This document shows, piece by piece, positions 15,667 through 20,000 of a stretch of 20,000 bases of DNA. The DNA is from an uncultured virus (IMG/VR IMGVR_UViG_3300038828_000071) (lineage: Duplodnaviria; Heunggongvirae; Uroviricota; Caudoviricetes). The stretch's first letter is position 1, and the number at the start of each line of letters is the position of its first letter. The stretch lies in IMG/VR virus record IMGVR_UViG_3300038828_000071, positions 58,536 to 78,535 of that record; one strand, written 5' to 3'. Position numbers and translations under genes: made by a program. The notes below the pieces were generated by a model that worked only from the letters and a program-made list of their open reading frames with translations, ran no database searches and was not told the DNA's origin.

Positions 15667-15698
15667 TTAATCTGTTTTTAATCTGTTATTAATCTGTT
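15667..15698. repeat. 3 x TTAATCTGTT tandem repeat, period 11
   Basis: Copies at 15667, 15678 and 15689, filling the intergenic gap before the SSB-like ATG. Confidence 0.9.
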
Positions 15699-15700
15699 TA

Positions 15701-16054
15701 TTAATTTTCTTCTTCTTTTTCATCTTCATCTTTTTTATATAGACTATTAAAATTTTTACCTCTCTTGATTATTAAGATAAAATATCTAAAGTCAAACTTC
15801 TTATATGCCAAATCCATAAAGCCATACATAAATTTTAAATACGATTCTAAAAAGATTTTTATCACATTTTCAATAATCTCATACTCTATGTTTAATATTT
15901 CTGAAACTTCTTTAATATGTGATTTAAAAACATCATTAGAATACACATCGTAATCTAACTTGTATTTCCAATTCTTTTTAAATTCAGTTAATGATTTAGA
16001 TTTAAAAAGATTATTTTTAAATTCATTAACTGATGCATTATATCTTTTACTCAC
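15701..16054 (-). CDS. Hypothetical protein, possibly divergent HU-like
   Basis: IKEVSEILNIEYEIIENVIKIFLE resembles HU N-terminal helices; weak. Confidence 0.6.
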   Translation of the reverse strand: MSKRYNASVNEFKNNLFKSKSLTEFKKNWKYKLDYDVYSNDVFKSHIKEVSEILNIEYEIIENVIKIFLESYLKFMYGFMDLAYKKFDFRYFILIIKRGKNFNSLYKKDEDEKEEEN

Positions 16055-16337
16055 CTTTATAGATTTTCCTTGATTTCAAATCACTTGTAAATTTTGTTAA
16101 AAATTTAACTTTGATTTTATAATAATTTTGTTTTTCAAATGGTATTCCGTTCTGAGGATTAACATATTTTCTTCCTGGCATTATCTCTTTCCTCATAGAA
16201 AGAAAATCTTTTAACAAAATCTTTTTTCCGTCCAATACATCTCTTGCGAGAAGACTTACAAATTCATCGGTAATTTTTTTTACCAATTTCCTGTTTCTTA
16301 TTTTAAGGCTTTTGTTTATTTCATCTATTATATCCAT
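16047..16337 (-). CDS. HU/IHF-like DNA-binding protein
   Basis: 96 aa, basic; GKKILLKDF and GRKYVNPQNG match the HU arm (GRNPxTG); KVKF. Confidence 0.78.
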   Translation of the reverse strand: MDIIDEINKSLKIRNRKLVKKITDEFVSLLARDVLDGKKILLKDFLSMRKEIMPGRKYVNPQNGIPFEKQNYYKIKVKFLTKFTSDLKSRKIYKGE

Positions 16338-16389
16338 TTTTATATAAAGTTAAAGTTATTAAATAGTACAATATATAGAGTACCATTTG

Positions 16390-16419
16390 CAAATCTATAA
16401 CTTTATTTTTATTAAACAA
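16390..16419 (-). promoter_or_regulatory. Bacteroidota housekeeping-sigma promoter
   Basis: Minus strand TTG (16419-16417)-N19-TAGATTTG (16397-16390) matches TTG-N19-TAnnTTTG, in the 87-bp gap upstream of the HU-like gene. Confidence 0.65.
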
Positions 16420-16424
16420 TAATT

Positions 16425-17795
16425 TTAACTTTTAATTTCTAAGCTATGAATATCTATTATGTATTTAAAGTCATTCAGAGCTCCTTCTCTTTTCTTTGCA
16501 ACAAAAAGTATTGTTTCAAATAATTCTTCAAGAGGAATTTCTAAACCCGGATTAGCAAGTTTCTTATAGTAACCTGGTCTATATAAAAAATATACATCAT
16601 CTGCATCTTGTTCTATATTACCGGATTCTCTAAGATCTGAAAGTTTAGGTATAGGAATATCTCTTTTTTCCACTTCTCTTGATAATTGAGATAATGCAAT
16701 TATTGGAATATTATACTTTATTGCAATTTGTTTCAGTGTTCCTGAAATGGCACCAATTTCTAAATCTCTTGTCCCATAATGTTTTTTAACTTTCATTAAT
16801 TGGAGATAATCAATTAGTACCCATTTCAGTTTCCCTGAATTATACAGTTCATCTATTTTTTTTTCCATCACTTCCAATTGATTAACATAATCTTTCGGAT
16901 CAAAAATTTGAAGATTTGATTTATCAAGTAATTCAGATTGAATCTTTATTCTCTCTATTTCATTATCAGTCAAATTTCCTTTCTTAATTCGATTATAATC
17001 AATACTTGTAAGTGCTGATATCAAATGCGATTTTACTTTAGATTTTGATACTTCTAAAGTAAAATAGGCTCCTGGTTCTTTTATTGCAAGTTTTAATGAC
17101 AATGCTTTTAAAAGTAATGATTTACCCATGGATGGCCTTGCGGCAATGATTATTAAATCAGTTGGATATATACCATCATAATCTAAATCATATTTTTTAA
17201 TTCCCGTTGGAATATAAACGGTAATTCCATTTCTATAATTTTCTACAATTTGATCTAATTCGGAATCATAATTATCATGATTCTTTCTTTTCAATCCTTG
17301 TGTCAAATCATTGAATAGATTATTATAACCATTTATAACATTGTCAGAAAACTCAAAAATATCTGGATATAGCTCAAAACTGAAATTTTGATTTCTAAGC
17401 TCTAAGCTATTCCAGTAATCCATTAATACATATTCTTTTAGTTTGAATACAAAGTTTTCAAAACTTACAATATCGGTTCCCACTTTCATTTGTATTATTT
17501 GCTCTAAATAATACACTAATAATTTTGAATCATTAATTAAATCAAGAGGCTTAATATCGTTAGTTAATTTCAAAAAATGAAGTTTAACTTTATCTTCAAC
17601 ATGAGGAATTATGTAATCTAAATTATCATCTTTTAGAGATAAAGCAATTTTAAATAAAACTTTATGCTCTTGTACTGAAAAATGAGATTCATTAAGATTT
17701 AGTTCTAATGCTTTAGATACGGCATCAACGTAGTAAAATATGTAAGCTATTACGTATTTTTCAATTTCTATTCTTCTTGAACTATCATAAATCAT
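16425..17795 (-). CDS. dnaB: Replicative DNA helicase, DnaB family
   Basis: AARPSMGKS, IDYLQL, LSQLSR, DLRESGNIEQDAD. Confidence 0.95.
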   Translation of the reverse strand: MIYDSSRRIEIEKYVIAYIFYYVDAVSKALELNLNESHFSVQEHKVLFKIALSLKDDNLDYIIPHVEDKVKLHFLKLTNDIKPLDLINDSKLLVYYLEQIIQMKVGTDIVSFENFVFKLKEYVLMDYWNSLELRNQNFSFELYPDIFEFSDNVINGYNNLFNDLTQGLKRKNHDNYDSELDQIVENYRNGITVYIPTGIKKYDLDYDGIYPTDLIIIAARPSMGKSLLLKALSLKLAIKEPGAYFTLEVSKSKVKSHLISALTSIDYNRIKKGNLTDNEIERIKIQSELLDKSNLQIFDPKDYVNQLEVMEKKIDELYNSGKLKWVLIDYLQLMKVKKHYGTRDLEIGAISGTLKQIAIKYNIPIIALSQLSREVEKRDIPIPKLSDLRESGNIEQDADDVYFLYRPGYYKKLANPGLEIPLEELFETILFVAKKREGALNDFKYIIDIHSLEIKS

Positions 17796-17796
17796 G

Positions 17797-18189
17797 TTAA
17801 ATTAAATGTTTATTTTTTTTTAAAACATTTTGAAGGTTTTTATATTTCAAAATGTTTTCTTTAGAATCACCGGAAATTTCAACAATAAAATCAAATAACA
17901 ATTGGATATCTTTTTCCTTTTGTCTTATTTTAGTTTTAAAGTCTAAAATATTTTTATTCAATTTATCATACGCTTCTTTTAAACCATACAATTTACCCAT
18001 GTCAAATTGGTAATTATCGCGATCATCTTGATCAAAATTATTTTCGTTCATTAATCTTTCATATTCCAATATATTATAAAAATCATTAGTGTATTCTACA
18101 TCATAATATTTAAATCTATTGTATATGATTTCTCTAACCTCATTAATTTGTTTATCAAGATCATTGATTAATTTTCGTTTAGAACCCAT
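17797..18189 (-). CDS. Hypothetical protein (130 aa)
   Basis: ATG ORF ending 1 nt before the dnaB start. Confidence 0.75.
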   Translation of the reverse strand: MGSKRKLINDLDKQINEVREIIYNRFKYYDVEYTNDFYNILEYERLMNENNFDQDDRDNYQFDMGKLYGLKEAYDKLNKNILDFKTKIRQKEKDIQLLFDFIVEISGDSKENILKYKNLQNVLKKNKHLI

Positions 18190-18329
18190 TTTAATAATAT
18201 TATTTTTTTGTTAATTTCATTTGTGTACTTAATTACATCAGATTGATGTAACTCTTTGTTGGCCCTAATATTTTCTCTTTCGAGTTTTAATTCTTCAAGT
18301 TTGAATTTAATTTCTTCTTTTGTTTTCAT
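18168..18329 (-). CDS. Small hypothetical protein (53 aa), absent from the ORF track
   Basis: MKTKEEIKFKLEELKLERENIRANKELHQSDVIKYTNEINKKIILLKWVLNEN*; TAATG-coupled to the DUF932 stop and fills the gap. Confidence 0.65.
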   Translation of the reverse strand: MKTKEEIKFKLEELKLERENIRANKELHQSDVIKYTNEINKKIILLKWVLNEN

Positions 18330-19309
18330 TATAATGATGTTTGTAAAAGATTAAATGCTTTTTGCATTTTATTTTCAGAAGTCAAAAACAACGATTTAAA
18401 GCGACTACTTTCACTTGTGTAGTTCTTATGACTTAGATAGAAAGATATTCCATTAAACAAGCCGTATGCAGTTCCTACGATATTATCTTGACCAACTCCA
18501 ATTTGGTAAGATTTCCAAACATCTTCTCTGATGTTTTTAATTCTTGTACTATCTTCTTTTTGGCTTTGGAAAACTTGTTCAATAAGTTTTTTAGCTACAT
18601 TGTCAGAAATATATGTTTTATGCATTTTATTTAAAACAAGGCTCATGCTATCTACATACATATTTGTGATGCCTATAAGCTTATGAGCTTCTTTAATATT
18701 ATGTTTTGCATTTGCTGTATGGCGAATACTTATTTTATTTTTAAGTCCATGCAATGCTGCATTAAGAGTATTGTTACAAACAACCCGAATTGGTGTAATT
18801 CCTGCAACAATGGAGCCGGATCCATCATGTGATGATGTAAGAAGAATATACACTTCTGTTGGATCATCAATTCCTTTAATATCTATGTGATGTGGCATTT
18901 TTGCTGTAAGGAATATACGTTCTCCTAATCCAAGAGCTCCGGCTGTTTCAAAAATAGCATCTTCTTCGGTATCAATAACATTGTCAAAAAATGAAAATAC
19001 ATCTTTATTTTGAACGATGTGATATCTCTTTTGAACTACGCCTAACACATCACCGGTATCTGTTCGCATTGTTGCAAAATGCTCTTGAAGTCTTTTAGGA
19101 TTTAATACTAATTCGCTTTGTAATGGTGAATCGTATTTATCAATAAATAAAGATTTTAATTTTACTTCAAAATCTAAATGCGCTAATTCAATAGCTTCTG
19201 CAGCTGTTTGTGCTCCTGTAACTATTTGTCCTAAATTGTGCCATGCTTTTTCTGTTGAGAAAAAACTAAATTCTTTTTTGCTTTCGTTAAAATTTAAATT
19301 GTGTGCCAT
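18329..19309 (-). CDS. DUF932 family phage/plasmid protein
   Basis: AWHNLG, RTDT..VLGVV..RY..VQN, FETAGAL..GERIF, SHDGSGS, TPIRVVCNNTL, IRHT. Confidence 0.9.
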   Translation of the reverse strand: MAHNLNFNESKKEFSFFSTEKAWHNLGQIVTGAQTAAEAIELAHLDFEVKLKSLFIDKYDSPLQSELVLNPKRLQEHFATMRTDTGDVLGVVQKRYHIVQNKDVFSFFDNVIDTEEDAIFETAGALGLGERIFLTAKMPHHIDIKGIDDPTEVYILLTSSHDGSGSIVAGITPIRVVCNNTLNAALHGLKNKISIRHTANAKHNIKEAHKLIGITNMYVDSMSLVLNKMHKTYISDNVAKKLIEQVFQSQKEDSTRIKNIREDVWKSYQIGVGQDNIVGTAYGLFNGISFYLSHKNYTSESSRFKSLFLTSENKMQKAFNLLQTSL

Positions 19310-19354
19310 TGTTTAATATTTATTTATTTTCGTTAATAATAATTTATATTTATT

Positions 19355-19711
19355 TTATGGATTTTTTATTATTTCTGATTTATCAAATCCTTCTAATAAT
19401 TCATCTACAGATAAATATCCTACTCCTATAAAATAAGAACTTTTATTTTCATCATCAATAGTCCAATTATATTGAAATCTTAACATTACAAATCCTTTTT
19501 TTGAAATTTTAAAATTATTAAATTTAGAAAATCCTTTGATATGTTTAGATAATATTTCTGTCATTTCATTAAAAGCATTCCAATGATTTTCATCCCATTT
19601 TGATTTATCAGGATATTCATATCCTTCGTTTTGAAATGTTAATAATGGATAGTTTTTTTGAATTTCCATAATTCTATCATACTGTTCTTGTGTTATTAAT
19701 GTGATTGTCAT
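19355..19711 (-). CDS. Hypothetical protein (118 aa)
   Basis: ATG ORF, co-oriented with neighbours. Confidence 0.75.
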   Translation of the reverse strand: MTITLITQEQYDRIMEIQKNYPLLTFQNEGYEYPDKSKWDENHWNAFNEMTEILSKHIKGFSKFNNFKISKKGFVMLRFQYNWTIDDENKSSYFIGVGYLSVDELLEGFDKSEIIKNP

Positions 19712-19718
19712 AATTTGT

Positions 19719-19946
19719 TTAAGTTAAGTCTATTTCTGAAAATTTAATATTATTTTCAATGCAGAATTCTCTTGTATTAAATCGTAAATTCGGCATTCCA
19801 ATAAGCTTTGCAAATTCTTTTAAATAAATTGTTTTACCATTATAGAAACATTTATAAAATAATCCTGTTTTATAATGTACTATTACAGATTCTATCCATA
19901 ATAAATCTATTTTAGAGTTAAGTTCTTTTTTTTTATAGTAAATCAT
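19719..19946 (-). CDS. Hypothetical protein (75 aa)
   Basis: ATG ORF, co-oriented with neighbours. Confidence 0.65.
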   Translation of the reverse strand: MIYYKKKELNSKIDLLWIESVIVHYKTGLFYKCFYNGKTIYLKEFAKLIGMPNLRFNTREFCIENNIKFSEIDLT

Positions 19947-20000
19947 TACATGATTTTATAAATAATGAAACTTCGTTTTCAAGACTTTCTCCGGCTTCAA

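Noticed and set aside
827..15953. Plus-strand ORFs in the track (827, 2118, 2174, 3653, 5684, 6280, 9297, 9615, 10335, 12046, 14090, 14784, 15765)
   Set aside because: All are antisense shadows of better-supported minus-strand genes and show no recognisable motifs.
1..20000. Integron integrase or other recombinase gene
   Set aside because: No ORF shows the tyrosine recombinase R...HxxR...Y pattern or serine recombinase motifs; it must be elsewhere, if it exists.
19933..20000. 3' end of an upstream minus-strand gene (...EAGESLENEVSLFIKSCNDLL*)
   Set aside because: Plausible, but only about 21 codons are visible, too little to call.

Overview
AT-rich segment of what is most likely a Bacteroidota (Flavobacterium-like) tailed phage or prophage. 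Essentially all credible genes are on the minus strand and form an early/replication region: DUF932, DnaB-type helicase, HU/IHF-like protein, SSB-like protein, NinB-like protein, Dda/RecD-like helicase, DnaN-like sliding clamp, 5'-3' exonuclease, dUTPase and a C5 DNA methyltransferase with a 10-N gap. The striking feature is 5611-10296, an array of 11 integron-like gene cassettes. Each cassette begins with GTT+6-7 nt and ends with the exact reverse complement of its own start. Cassettes are separated by 94-133 bp attC-like imperfect hairpins that differ in sequence but share mismatch geometry. No integrase is present in the window. The cargo is phage-type genes (YopX, Lar-like, DUF3268-like), all apparently inverted relative to the inferred attC top strand, and 6 of the 11 cassettes have ORFs starting inside their own attC-like site. 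A second, unpaired site class (TTCGTTTA-N5-ATGTTA) marks the array start and two broken junctions, and a further half-site at 63-96 suggests another array left of the window. Family assignments come from motif recognition only; no searches were run.
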